Positions 27,015-36,550 of a stretch of 64,000 nt of DNA are shown one piece after another. The notes beneath the pieces are model-generated. The model did not search any database. It had not been told where the DNA came from and saw only the letters and a program-made list of their open reading frames with translations. The DNA comes from a virus (Duplodnaviria > Caudoviricetes), in IMG/VR virus record IMGVR_UViG_2731957960_000004, positions 822 through 64,821 of that record; one strand, written 5' to 3'. The position numbers were made by a program, and so were the translations under genes. How positions within the stretch are numbered: position 1 is the stretch's first letter; the number at the start of each line of letters is the position of its first letter.

Positions 27015-27115
27015 GCCTTTCGTCCGTTGCTAGCGACGGGCCATCCGTCGTTAGACAGTCCATAACGGACTAAGACCGGAATCGTCAAATGATTTCGGAG
27101 GATGGCGACGGACGA
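27015..27115 (-). promoter_or_regulatory. Promoter/operator for the leftward block
   Basis: TTGACG on minus strand (27083-27088) amid several ACGGA(C/T) repeats. Confidence 0.55.
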
Positions 27116-27445
27116 AACCGGCAAGGCGCCGGATAATGCGGACCAGGTTGCACCTAAACCGGCTTACGAGCGCAGAGCCAAGCAATATCAATAGCTTAGA
27201 TCATTTCGCGCAAAGCGATCGAGCCGCGCAGACGCAAGCGAAAGCGAACGAAACGCGCAAAGCGAACCGCATTCAACACATTGATATCATTGGGGAAAGC
27301 GGTCTGCGCTGGGCTCCGCGGCGCGGGCCATACAACCGCAGGTTATATCGCATGCGATCAAACGATAAGCGCGAAGCACAAGATTATTCTATGAGACTGA
27401 GCAAAGCGTGAAAAATGTTCTGTCAAAGCGGCGTTTGAGGGAAAA

Positions 27446-27490
27446 AGGTACTTTCGAGGGGGTGTGGGGTGCGGGTGACGCGCGACCGTC
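27446..27490 (+). other. Putative cos region (cosQ/cosN-like)
   Basis: AGGTACT-TTC...GCGGGTGACGCGCGACC resembles lambda GGGTCCT-TTCC...GGGCGGCGACC in layout; lies upstream of Nu1/gpA-type terminase. Confidence 0.55.
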
Positions 27491-27703
27491 CACCTTTTCT
27501 AGATACGAGAGAAAAAAGGGTACTTTCTGTTCTCAGCGCAGGGTTGCAACCTTGAGGCCCGAGAAGGGCCAGAAGCGCCGAAAGGGCCTATTTTCCGGTC
27601 TATGACCGGATTTTCATCCGTTGGGATCAAGGGATATTCAAACGCACTCGAAAGAAACAATACCGATTGAGACCGTATAGCTCTCAACGGGAGCTTTCGT
27701 TTC

Positions 27704-28306
27704 ATGATCGTCGTCGGCCTCAAGGGGCTTATTGGGTCTGGCAAGACCACTGTCGCTCGTCACCTCATCGAAAAGCACGGTTTCGTCCGTGGGCGCTTCG
27801 CTGGCGCTCTGAAGGACATGCTGCGCGCCTTCTTGCGCTATCGCGGCTGCGATGAAGCCACCATCGAGCGCATGATCGACGGCGATCTGAAGGAAGAGCC
27901 GTCCGATTGGCTCAACGGCAAGACGCCGCGTCACGCGATGGAGGGCCTTGGCAAGCCTTGGGGCCGCGACTGGATGTCTCCCGACCTCTGGATCGCGACC
28001 GAGACCGACAAGCTCTGGATCGAGCAGCCCGAGCGCGTCCTGTTCGAGGATTGCAGGCACGCGAACGAAGGCGTCGCCATCGAGCGCATGAACGGTCGCG
28101 TTTGGGAGGTCTGGCAACCCGGTTTGGTGCCGAAGGATCAGCCGACCGAGCGGTATCAGGTCGAAGTCAGCGCGTCGGCGGTGATCGTGAACAAACTCGG
28201 CCGGCTCGATGAAACGATGAAGCAGGTCGATGACCTCGTTGCTCGCCTCGTTGCGAGGGCCACCATTGGCCTGCCGCCGATGCAAACCCAGCCGGTGCGG
28301 CCGTGA
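27704..28306 (+). CDS. Deoxynucleoside monophosphate kinase-like protein
   Basis: GLKGLIGSGKTT, FAGALKDML, TPRHAME.LG..WGR, DCRHANE. Confidence 0.85.
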   Translation: MIVVGLKGLIGSGKTTVARHLIEKHGFVRGRFAGALKDMLRAFLRYRGCDEATIERMIDGDLKEEPSDWLNGKTPRHAMEGLGKPWGRDWMSPDLWIATETDKLWIEQPERVLFEDCRHANEGVAIERMNGRVWEVWQPGLVPKDQPTERYQVEVSASAVIVNKLGRLDETMKQVDDLVARLVARATIGLPPMQTQPVRP

Positions 28307-28536
28307 AGATTTCGCAGGCATATGACTTCGAGCGCCTTCTGAAGGCCCGAGACGAACTGAAGGCGGCGCATCGCGTCGCGTCGCACGGCGAAGGTCTCGG
28401 CATCACGATCAGGGGCTCCTACCAGGACAAGGAGATGATCGAGGCGGTCAAGGCCGCCGTCGTCGCCGAGTTCGACCGTCGCATCGCCGCCGTTGATGCG
28501 AAGCTGATCGCGCTGGGCGTCGAGATCGACGAATAG
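28303..28536 (+). CDS. Hypothetical phage protein
   Basis: Coupled to both neighbours. Confidence 0.6.
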   Translation: MKISQAYDFERLLKARDELKAAHRVASHGEGLGITIRGSYQDKEMIEAVKAAVVAEFDRRIAAVDAKLIALGVEIDE

Positions 28537-28537
28537 C

Positions 28538-29074
28538 ATGGGCAAGATCGTCAACCGGCAAGAGCTTGCCGACCTGTTCGGCTACTCGCTGCCGACCATC
28601 TCCGCATGGATCGAAGACGGCCTGCCGGTGGAAACGCACGGCGGGCGCGGCAAGCAGTTCGAGTTCGATACCGAGAAGTGCCTGAAGTGGCTTCTCGCGC
28701 GCGAGCGTGCGCTTAGGAAGGCGGAAACGGCCGCGACGATGAATGACGGCAGCGAGCCGATCACCATCGAAAAGGCGCGGCTCCGTCACGAAGTAGCAAA
28801 GGCGAAGACGGCCGAAATCGAACTCGCGCAGAAGATGGAGCTTGTTCGCCCGGTCGCAATGATCGCGCGCGTGCTCTCGAACGAGATCGCCAACGCGCGT
28901 GCTCGCCTTCTCGCGATCCCCTCGAAGTTTCGCCCGACGATTCATCTCGCGGTCGGCACGCAAGAGAAGACCCAAAAGCTCGTCAACGAGTTGGATCGCC
29001 TGATCCGCGAGGCGCTGACCGAGATCAAGTCGTTCGCCGACGAACCTTCGAAGCCAGAAGAAGAAAATGTCTAG
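28538..29074 (+). CDS. Terminase small subunit (Nu1-like)
   Basis: VNRQELADLFGYSLPTISAWIEDGLP, FDT, KARL. Confidence 0.9.
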   Translation: MGKIVNRQELADLFGYSLPTISAWIEDGLPVETHGGRGKQFEFDTEKCLKWLLARERALRKAETAATMNDGSEPITIEKARLRHEVAKAKTAEIELAQKMELVRPVAMIARVLSNEIANARARLLAIPSKFRPTIHLAVGTQEKTQKLVNELDRLIREALTEIKSFADEPSKPEEENV

Positions 29075-29258
29075 TGAAGAAGTACCCATGAAGCCGTCGT
29101 GGCTTCGATGGCCCCCGAATTGCTGTGAGTCCTGCACCGCATGGCACAAGCAAGGTGACTTTGACGGTCGCTGCGGCCGTGCGGAGTCCAAGCACCACGG
29201 CGATATGACCGAGTCCCGTCAGCGATGTCCTGAGTTTCGACGGAGGTCGGACATCTGA
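29067..29258 (+). CDS. Small Cys-rich protein between the terminase subunits
   Basis: CCESCTAW...GRC...CPEF. Confidence 0.5.
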   Translation: MSSEEVPMKPSWLRWPPNCCESCTAWHKQGDFDGRCGRAESKHHGDMTESRQRCPEFRRRSDI

Positions 29259-29260
29259 CG

Positions 29261-31207
29261 ATGGATATCATCGCCGTCCTCGACGAATATGATCTCGACC
29301 CGGCGCATGAAGAGAAGCTTCGCGCGACGGTGCGGGAGATCATTGCCCAAAGCTTCAGCCCGCCGCCGAAGCTGACGGTCTCCGAATGGGCGGACGAATA
29401 CCGTATCCTCTCGCCCGAAGCGTCCTCCGAACCCGGCAAGTGGTCTACGTCGCGCGTAGAGCCGTCGCGCGGCATCATGGACGCGTTCGCCGATCCTGAC
29501 ATCGAGATCATCACCTGTATGGTCGCGGCGCAGACGGTGAAGACCGAAGTCATCAACAACGTGGCTGGCTTCCACGTCCATCTCGATCCTTGCCCGATGC
29601 TCATTCTGCAACCGACGTTGCAGATGGCCGAAGCATACTCGAAGGATCGTCTCGCGCCGATGATCCGCGATACGCCGCAGCTTGCGGCGAAGCTCGGCAA
29701 CCACGCGCGCGACTCCGAAGACACGATCCTTCACAAGAAGTATCCCGGCGGTCATATCACGATGGCCGGCGCGAACTCTCCTGCATCGCTGGCGTCGCGT
29801 CCGATCCGCATCCTGCTCTGCGACGAAGTTGATCGCTATGAGGCGAGCGCCGGCAAGGAAGGCGACCCGGTTTCGCTCGCTATCGAGCGAACGACGACGT
29901 TCTGGAACCGCAAGATCGCGCTCGTCTCGACGCCAACCATCAAGGGCGCGTCGCGTATCGAGTCCTCATATGAGGAAAGTGATCAGCGGCGCTTCTTCGT
30001 CAACTGCCCGAAGTGCGGACATCTGCAACACCTTCGCTGGAAGCAAGTCCGCTGGCCCGAAGGCGCTCCGCTCGAAGCGAAGTATCATTGCGAGTACAAC
30101 GACCCGACGACCGGCGAACTCTGCGATCACGGATGGGATGAAGCCGAGCGACTTCAGGCCATCGCTGGGGGCGTGTGGCTCGCAACGCGGCCCGAGATCA
30201 AGGGCCACGCCGGCTTCCATCTCAACCGCATCGCTTCGCCCTGGCGCGCGCTTGGCGAGATGGCGCGCGACTTCGTGCTCGTCAAGAAGCATCCCGAGCG
30301 TCTGAAGACGTGGGTCAACACGCGCCTCGCTGAGACGTGGGAGGATCGCGGCGAGCGCGCCAACCCGGATTCGATCTATGGCAGGCGCGAAGAGTATGAC
30401 GCCACCGAAATCCTTCCGAGCGGCGTCGGCGCCATCACGGCGTCGGTCGATATTCAGGATGACCGCTTCGAGATCGAGTGGCAGGGCTGGGGTCAGGACG
30501 ACGAAAGTTGGTCGCTCGACTACAAGGTCTACTATGGCGACCCGAACTCTCCCGGTTTTTGGGAAGTGCTCGACCATGCCTTGATGCGCACATTCCGGCA
30601 TCCGGCCGGTGTTGACATGCGCGTCGAGGCGACGTGCATCGACTCCGGTGGTCACTTCACGCAACAGGTCTACAACTTCGTTCGGCCGCGCCAGATCAGG
30701 AAGGTCTACGCCATTAAGGGCATCGGTGGTCCCGGCCGTCCGATCTGGCCTGCGAAGGGCACGGTCAACAAGGCGAAGAACGTGACGGTGTTCGTGCTGG
30801 GCGTTGATCAGGCCAAGGATGTCCACTACAAACGCCTTGGCGTGAAGGAGCCCGGTCCCGGCTACTGTCACTTTCCGAAGATCGAGCCGCCTTATGACAA
30901 GAAGCACTTCGAGGGTTTGACCGCCGAAAAGGCGATCCTGAAGACCGACAAGAAGGGCTTCACGGTCAAGGAGTGGCACAAGGTCCATCAGCGCAACGAA
31001 CCGCTCGACGTGCGTGTCTACGGAATCGCGGCGCGGCTCTCGCTCGGCATCAACATGGAACGGCGTCTCGGCGCGTTGCGTGCTGCCGCGTCTGCGACTC
31101 TCAATCAGGCCCCGCGAGCGGCCATGTCCGGCCCGGCGGAAGAGCCGACCCCGGCACCGGCCGGCACCGGCCGGCGTCGTCTTCGCTCACGCGGCGTTGA
31201 AAGATAG
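29261..31207 (+). CDS. Terminase large subunit (lambda gpA family)
   Basis: TVSEWADEYR, AQTVKTE, LCDEVDRY, STPTIKG, IDSGG, RNEPLD. Confidence 0.95.
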   Translation: MDIIAVLDEYDLDPAHEEKLRATVREIIAQSFSPPPKLTVSEWADEYRILSPEASSEPGKWSTSRVEPSRGIMDAFADPDIEIITCMVAAQTVKTEVINNVAGFHVHLDPCPMLILQPTLQMAEAYSKDRLAPMIRDTPQLAAKLGNHARDSEDTILHKKYPGGHITMAGANSPASLASRPIRILLCDEVDRYEASAGKEGDPVSLAIERTTTFWNRKIALVSTPTIKGASRIESSYEESDQRRFFVNCPKCGHLQHLRWKQVRWPEGAPLEAKYHCEYNDPTTGELCDHGWDEAERLQAIAGGVWLATRPEIKGHAGFHLNRIASPWRALGEMARDFVLVKKHPERLKTWVNTRLAETWEDRGERANPDSIYGRREEYDATEILPSGVGAITASVDIQDDRFEIEWQGWGQDDESWSLDYKVYYGDPNSPGFWEVLDHALMRTFRHPAGVDMRVEATCIDSGGHFTQQVYNFVRPRQIRKVYAIKGIGGPGRPIWPAKGTVNKAKNVTVFVLGVDQAKDVHYKRLGVKEPGPGYCHFPKIEPPYDKKHFEGLTAEKAILKTDKKGFTVKEWHKVHQRNEPLDVRVYGIAARLSLGINMERRLGALRAAASATLNQAPRAAMSGPAEEPTPAPAGTGRRRLRSRGVER

Positions 31208-31222
31208 GCGGTTGCAGGCTAC

Positions 31223-31501
31223 ATGCGAAGCATGATGACCAAGGAAGACATTCGGGAAGCCCGAGCGGTGCTCGGCAAGATGTGGAAGCCCGGCGGCGCT
31301 CCGCTGACTGCCCAAGAGCTTGTCCGCGCCCTCGGCCTGTCCGAGAAGCACGGCACCGACCATGTCTACAACATGGAAAGCGGCAAGTCGGCGGTCTCTG
31401 GCACTATCGAGATGCTGTTGCGCATCTATATGGCGGGCGGCGTTCCGCCTGACGACGTTGTGATCTTCGCCCCAACTGAGCCTCGCAAGAAGGCGCGCTA
31501 A
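31223..31501 (+). CDS. XRE-like HTH protein inside the head operon
   Basis: LTAQELVRALGL...VYNMESGKSAVSG. Confidence 0.6.
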   Translation: MRSMMTKEDIREARAVLGKMWKPGGAPLTAQELVRALGLSEKHGTDHVYNMESGKSAVSGTIEMLLRIYMAGGVPPDDVVIFAPTEPRKKAR

Positions 31502-31502
31502 A

Positions 31503-31547
31503 GGCGACGGAAGTAGTCTCTTTGGATCGCGCCATGTCTCGTAGCTT
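31503..31547 (+). promoter_or_regulatory. Putative late promoter, copy 1
   Basis: GGCGAC-N6-AGTC, N23, TAGCTT. Confidence 0.55.
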
Positions 31548-31553
31548 CGAGAC

Positions 31554-31760
31554 ATGGCACAGAGCGTCGAAGAACAACTCGAACAAACCCTCGAATCGAT
31601 CCGTCAGGTCGAGAAGAGCGGCCAGCGTTACACGATCAAGGATCGTGAGCTTTGGCGTGGCGATCTGAAGGTTCTCGACAAGCGCGCCGAGCGCCTTGAG
31701 CGAGCGAGTGCGCGTGCCAAGAATGGCGGCGTCAAGATTCAGCGGATCATTCCGCTGTGA
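31554..31760 (+). CDS. Head completion protein (gpW-like)
   Basis: GQRYTIKDRELWRGDL; directly before portal. Confidence 0.75.
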   Translation: MAQSVEEQLEQTLESIRQVEKSGQRYTIKDRELWRGDLKVLDKRAERLERASARAKNGGVKIQRIIPL

Positions 31761-33373
31761 TGAAGCCCCTCGCGCCCACGTTTACGGATCGCCTTCTGGC
31801 GAGCGTCGCGCCAACCTTCGCGCAGCGCCGCTACCATGCGCGCCTGTCGCTCAACCTTATGGGCCAGTATGCCGGCGCGAAGTCGAACCGCGCTGCGCTG
31901 AAGACTTGGCGCACCAATCCCGGTTCGGCCGACGCTGACACGCTTGGCGATCTGCCGACGTTGCGCGCTCGATCGCGCGACCTCGGCCGCAACAATCCTA
32001 TCGCTACCGGCGCTCGCTCGACCTCGAAGAGCAACATCGTCGGCACCGGCCTGCGCGTTCGCTCGAAGCTGAATGCCAAGCTGCTCGGTCTCTCCGAAGA
32101 AGCCGCCGAAGTTTGGGAGCGCAACGCGGAGACGCTGTTCGATCTTTGGGCGCAATCCAAAACCGCCGACATCACGCTCACGCAGAACTTCTATGAGCTT
32201 CAGGGGCTCGTCTTCAACACGGTGTTCGAGTCCGGCGACACGTTCGTCCTGCGGCGCACGCCGAAGCGCAAGACCATCGTCCCGCTCGCGCTCAATGTGA
32301 TCGAGGCCGACCGCGTTGCCACGCCGCAAGAGAAGATGGGTGACTACTACATCCGCGACGGCGTCAGGATCGACGAAGATGGTGCGCCGGTTGGCTACTA
32401 CATCCTCAACGACCATCCCGGCGACTCGCCGACCTATGCGCAGTACGGCTACAAGGAAGTTGCGGCGTTCGGTGCGAAGTCCGGCGAGCAGATGGTGCTC
32501 CATGTGTTCGAGCGCCTTCGGCCTGGCTTGAACCGTGGCATCCCGCAGCTTGCGCCTGTCATCGAAATCCTGAAGCAACTCGACCGCTACAGCGAAGCCG
32601 AGTTGATGAAGGCCGTTGTGTCGTCGTTCTTCACGGTCTTCCTGAAGACCGAAGGTGACGACGGACTCGCCAGCGCCACGCAGGGCGCATTCCCCGGCAT
32701 GGGTGCCAACGAGATCACGATGGGGCCGGGCACCATCGTTGACATCGGGACCGGCGAAGACATCCAGACCGCGCAACCGGCGAACACGTCCAACTTCGAT
32801 CCGTTCTTCACGTCCGTCGTGCGCCAGATCGGCGTTGCGCTGCAAATCCCGTTTGAACTGCTCATGCTGCACTTCACGGCGAGCTACAGCGCCTCGCGTG
32901 CGGCCTTGGAGATGGCGGCGCAGTTCTTCCGCGACCGGCGCACTTGGCTTGTCCGCGCCTTCTGTGCGCCCGTGTACGAATGGTTCATGGCCGATGCGAT
33001 CAACGCTGGCCTGATCGTCGCGCCCGGCTTCTTCAATGATCCCATTCGTCGCGCCGCTTGGCTCGGCTCGCAATGGATCGGCCCGGCTCGCATCATTCTC
33101 GACCCGCTGAAGGAATGGAAGGCTGAAGCCGAAGCCGTGAGCCTTGGCGCTCGCACCATCGAAGCCGTGATCATCGAGCGCGGTGGCGATGACTTCGAGC
33201 AGACCACGAAGCAGCGCATCCGCGAGCACAAGGCGCGTGCCGCCGGCAAGCTCGAACCCGAAATCCTCGCCCCGGAAGGCACGGCACCCCCGCCGCCGAC
33301 TGACGAGAACGGCGGCGAAAAGGGCGGCAGTGGCAACAAGCCGAAGCCGGCACACAACGAGGACGACGAATGA
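31757..33373 (+). CDS. Portal protein (lambda family)
   Basis: LRARSRDLGRNNP, RGIPQLAPV, SYSASRAA, IDP-like ILDPLKE. Confidence 0.95.
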   Translation: MMKPLAPTFTDRLLASVAPTFAQRRYHARLSLNLMGQYAGAKSNRAALKTWRTNPGSADADTLGDLPTLRARSRDLGRNNPIATGARSTSKSNIVGTGLRVRSKLNAKLLGLSEEAAEVWERNAETLFDLWAQSKTADITLTQNFYELQGLVFNTVFESGDTFVLRRTPKRKTIVPLALNVIEADRVATPQEKMGDYYIRDGVRIDEDGAPVGYYILNDHPGDSPTYAQYGYKEVAAFGAKSGEQMVLHVFERLRPGLNRGIPQLAPVIEILKQLDRYSEAELMKAVVSSFFTVFLKTEGDDGLASATQGAFPGMGANEITMGPGTIVDIGTGEDIQTAQPANTSNFDPFFTSVVRQIGVALQIPFELLMLHFTASYSASRAALEMAAQFFRDRRTWLVRAFCAPVYEWFMADAINAGLIVAPGFFNDPIRRAAWLGSQWIGPARIILDPLKEWKAEAEAVSLGARTIEAVIIERGGDDFEQTTKQRIREHKARAAGKLEPEILAPEGTAPPPPTDENGGEKGGSGNKPKPAHNEDDE

Positions 33374-34668
33374 CCATCCGCAGCATCCGCAACCCGATGA
33401 TCTTCGACGCCGCGATCACCGCCAATTGGGCGATGGACGAAGCTGCGCTTCAGACCGTCCTCGAAATCGCATCGCGCGAGCATCAGATCGAACCGACGAT
33501 GCTCGAAGCCTATCGCGCGCAAGAGCTTGATCGTGCCGAGCGCGCGACCGTGCGTGATGGCGTGGCGATCCTCAACGTCGATGGCCCGCTGTTCAAGCGC
33601 GCCAACCTGATGACCATGTTTTGCGGTGCGACCTCCTATGATGTGCTGCGGCGCGACCTTCAGGCCGCGCTCGACAACGCGTCCGTGCGCGCAATCATGC
33701 TCAACATCCATTCGCCCGGCGGCGAGGCGGCAGGCACTTCCGAGCTTGCGCAGGCCGTCTATGACGCTCGCAGCGTGAAGCCGATCCACGCCTATGCAGG
33801 CGATCAGGCGGCGTCGGCCGCTTACTGGATCGGATCGGCCGCTGACAAGTTTTGGATCGGGCCTGCCGCCGCGCTCGGCTCCATCGGTGTTCGTGCTGGC
33901 ATCCAGGACACGTCAGGTCGCGACGAATCGCGCGGCGTCAAGAACTATGAGTTCGTGTCGTCGCAGTCGCCGTTCAAGAAGGTGGACCTCAACAGCAAGC
34001 AGGGTCGTGACCGCGTGCAAGCGCGCGTCGATGCGATGGCTGCGGTGTTCGTCGAGACCGTCGCCAAGAACCGAAACGTGTCGGTGGCGCATGTCCTCGA
34101 AGCATTCGGAAAGGGCGATGTCCTGATCGGCAAGGCCGCGATTGACGCTGGCATGGCCGATGGCTTCGGCACCTTTGAATCCGTTCTCGCGAGCCTGTCT
34201 CGCGGTGAAGAGCCCAAGTCCTTTGCAGGATTCAACCCGGCCGCATCCGGCCAAACCCAAGAGAGTGAGACTATGGAAAAGACCCCGGAAGAACTGGCTG
34301 CGGAAGCCGCCGCCGCTGCAACGGCCCCGGTCGTTGCCCCCGAAGCCGCTGCCGTCGAGACCGTCGATGCGTCTGCCGCTGCAACCGCAGCCGAACGGAA
34401 GCGCGTCACCGACATCATGGCGCTGACCCTGCCGGGTTACGAAGAGGCCGCTTCAAAGGCTATCGAAACGGGCTCTTCGGCGCATGAGTTCTCGGCAATG
34501 ATCGTCAGCACTGAAAAGGCTAAGCGCACCGAGCGCGCCGATGCCGTGAAGACGGACACCGAAGCGAACGCTGAAGTGGCTCCGTCGAGCGGCAAGGAGC
34601 GGGCAACGGGCGACGACGCCGCAGCCAACGCAATTCTCGGCGCGTTCAAGCTCGCGACCGGCAACTAA
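33370..34668 (+). CDS. S49 head maturation protease with C-terminal scaffold
   Basis: IHSPGGEA, ASAAYWIGS, GSIGV; Ala/Glu-rich tail starting near MEKTPEE. Confidence 0.92.
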   Translation: MTIRSIRNPMIFDAAITANWAMDEAALQTVLEIASREHQIEPTMLEAYRAQELDRAERATVRDGVAILNVDGPLFKRANLMTMFCGATSYDVLRRDLQAALDNASVRAIMLNIHSPGGEAAGTSELAQAVYDARSVKPIHAYAGDQAASAAYWIGSAADKFWIGPAAALGSIGVRAGIQDTSGRDESRGVKNYEFVSSQSPFKKVDLNSKQGRDRVQARVDAMAAVFVETVAKNRNVSVAHVLEAFGKGDVLIGKAAIDAGMADGFGTFESVLASLSRGEEPKSFAGFNPAASGQTQESETMEKTPEELAAEAAAAATAPVVAPEAAAVETVDASAAATAAERKRVTDIMALTLPGYEEAASKAIETGSSAHEFSAMIVSTEKAKRTERADAVKTDTEANAEVAPSSGKERATGDDAAANAILGAFKLATGN

Positions 34669-34679
34669 GGAGCCCGCTA

Positions 34680-35042
34680 GTGGCACAGTTCAAGGAAGAG
34701 GGTTCGTTCGTTCCGAACCAGTTCGCGCTCGGTCACACGCGGGCGCGCAAGGCCGTGATCAAGTCCGGTGCCGGCGTTCTCGCCGCCGCGACCGTGCTCG
34801 GTCAGGTAACGGCCGACAAGAAGTACCTGAAGTCGCTGGCCGCAGCGAGCGATGGTTCGCAGGTCGTAGACGCCATTCTGGCCGAAGCCGTCGATGCCAC
34901 CAGCGCCGACGTGGAAGCGATCATCTACATCGCCGGTGAGTTCGATCAGGACAAGCTGATCCTCGGCACTGGACACACCCTCGGGTCGATTGACGCGACG
35001 TTCCGCGACAAGTCGATCTGGCTCGTCAAGCCGCAGGGCTAA
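34680..35042 (+). CDS. Head decoration protein (gpD-like)
   Basis: TVLGQVT, DGSQ...AILA, YIAGEF. Confidence 0.85.
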   Translation: MAQFKEEGSFVPNQFALGHTRARKAVIKSGAGVLAAATVLGQVTADKKYLKSLAAASDGSQVVDAILAEAVDATSADVEAIIYIAGEFDQDKLILGTGHTLGSIDATFRDKSIWLVKPQG

Positions 35043-35078
35043 CCGAGACAACCACGAAAGCAAACGGGAAGCCCTACG

Positions 35079-36137
35079 ATGGACCTCTTTTCCACTACCG
35101 CCCTCAACCGCGTTGTTGAAGAACTGCCGCTCAACCCGGCGTTCTTCCTCAACACCTTTTTCACGACCGTCGAGACCTCGACGACCGAAGACGTGAAGTT
35201 CGACCAGGTCAAGGGTCGTCGCCTGATTTCGCCCCTCGTCAGCCCCATCGTGGCCGGCAAGGTCATCCGCGAAGCCGGCTACAAGACCTCGTCCCTGAGC
35301 CCGGCCTACGTCAAGGACAAGCGCGTGTTCGATCCGAACAAGCAGTTCAAGCGTCGCGCTGGCGAGAAGATCGGCGGGTCTCTGACCCCGGATCAGCGCC
35401 TCGCCGCGTCCATCGCCTTTGCTCTCAACGAGCAGTTGGAGATGTGGACCCGCCGCCTCGAAGTGATGTCCGCCGAAGTGCTGCGCACCGGCAAGGTCAT
35501 CCTTGAAGGTGACGAGTATCCGAAGCAGGAAGTGGACTTCGGCCGCGATGCCGAACTGACCATCGTCCTGACCGGCACCGACAAGTGGTCTACCGCCGCC
35601 GTCAACCCGCTCAATGATATCGAGGAATGGGGTCAGGCCGTGTTCGACCATTCGAGCTTGGTCGTGCGCGACGTGTTCATGGCGAGCGACGTGTGGAAGG
35701 CCATCCGCGCAAAGATGGCCGGTCCCGACACCGATGCGGTCGCCAAGTCGATGCGTCTTCAGATCGACACGACCACGGCTGGCCTGTCGGCGGCTCGCGC
35801 TGAGCTTGGTCCGATCCTGATCACTCCCGGCGTGAAGCTGGTTGCGGTCTTCGGTGACTATCGCCTGTGGGTTCACGCTGACAAGTACACCGACCCGTTG
35901 ACCGGACTCGAGAAGGATGTGCTTCCGGCTGGCGAGATCGTCATGGCCTCCCGAGAGATCGAGGGCGTCCGTCACTTCGGCGCGATCCGCGACCTCAAGG
36001 CCGGCATTCAGGCCCGCGACTTCTTCGTGAAGTCTTGGGAAGAGGAAGACCCGAGCGTTCGCTACATCCTCGGTCAGTCGGCTCCGCTGATTGCGCCGTA
36101 CCGTGCGAACGGCACGCTGGGCGCGAAGGTGCTCTAA
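35079..36137 (+). CDS. Major capsid protein (lambda gpE family)
   Basis: FLNTFF, PAYVKDK, RRLEVM, VDFGR, QSAPL. Confidence 0.92.
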   Translation: MDLFSTTALNRVVEELPLNPAFFLNTFFTTVETSTTEDVKFDQVKGRRLISPLVSPIVAGKVIREAGYKTSSLSPAYVKDKRVFDPNKQFKRRAGEKIGGSLTPDQRLAASIAFALNEQLEMWTRRLEVMSAEVLRTGKVILEGDEYPKQEVDFGRDAELTIVLTGTDKWSTAAVNPLNDIEEWGQAVFDHSSLVVRDVFMASDVWKAIRAKMAGPDTDAVAKSMRLQIDTTTAGLSAARAELGPILITPGVKLVAVFGDYRLWVHADKYTDPLTGLEKDVLPAGEIVMASREIEGVRHFGAIRDLKAGIQARDFFVKSWEEEDPSVRYILGQSAPLIAPYRANGTLGAKVL

Positions 36138-36550
36138 TGCCCATCTATCGAGGTCTTGTAACGATCAAGCGCGCTGGGCGGTATCACCCGCCCGGCAGCT
36201 TGCACGACTTCGACGAAGACACGGCGAAGGCCCTTGGCCCGTCGCGCGTTGTCTTGGCCGAAGATCAGACTGCGACCGTTGTCGCGGTCACGGGGTCCGC
36301 TGGGGATGCCACCAGCGACGCGCCGCCCGCTGTCGTGGTTCCTCCCGCCTCAGAACAGTCGGGCGGCGCGAGTGTTCGCGTCTCCGAGATCAGTGCTGCT
36401 ATCGACCTGCTCGACGAGAAGAAGGACTACTTCAAGTCCGGCCCTCGCGTGGGCAAGCCGAAGCAGAAGGCGATTGAAGAGATCGTGGGTTTCGACATCA
36501 ATGATGCCGAGATCGACGCAGCCCTGGCTCTGCGCGAAACGGGCCTCTGA
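36137..36550 (+). CDS. Hypothetical virion assembly protein (gpFI position)
   Basis: TAATG overlap with capsid gene; GKPKQKAIE motif. Confidence 0.6.
   Translation: MPIYRGLVTIKRAGRYHPPGSLHDFDEDTAKALGPSRVVLAEDQTATVVAVTGSAGDATSDAPPAVVVPPASEQSGGASVRVSEISAAIDLLDEKKDYFKSGPRVGKPKQKAIEEIVGFDINDAEIDAALALRETGL

Noticed and set aside
27136-27411. Plus-strand 91-aa ORF upstream of cos
   Set aside because: No SD or recognisable motif; the A-rich GCAAAGCG repeats more likely belong to the terminal non-coding region
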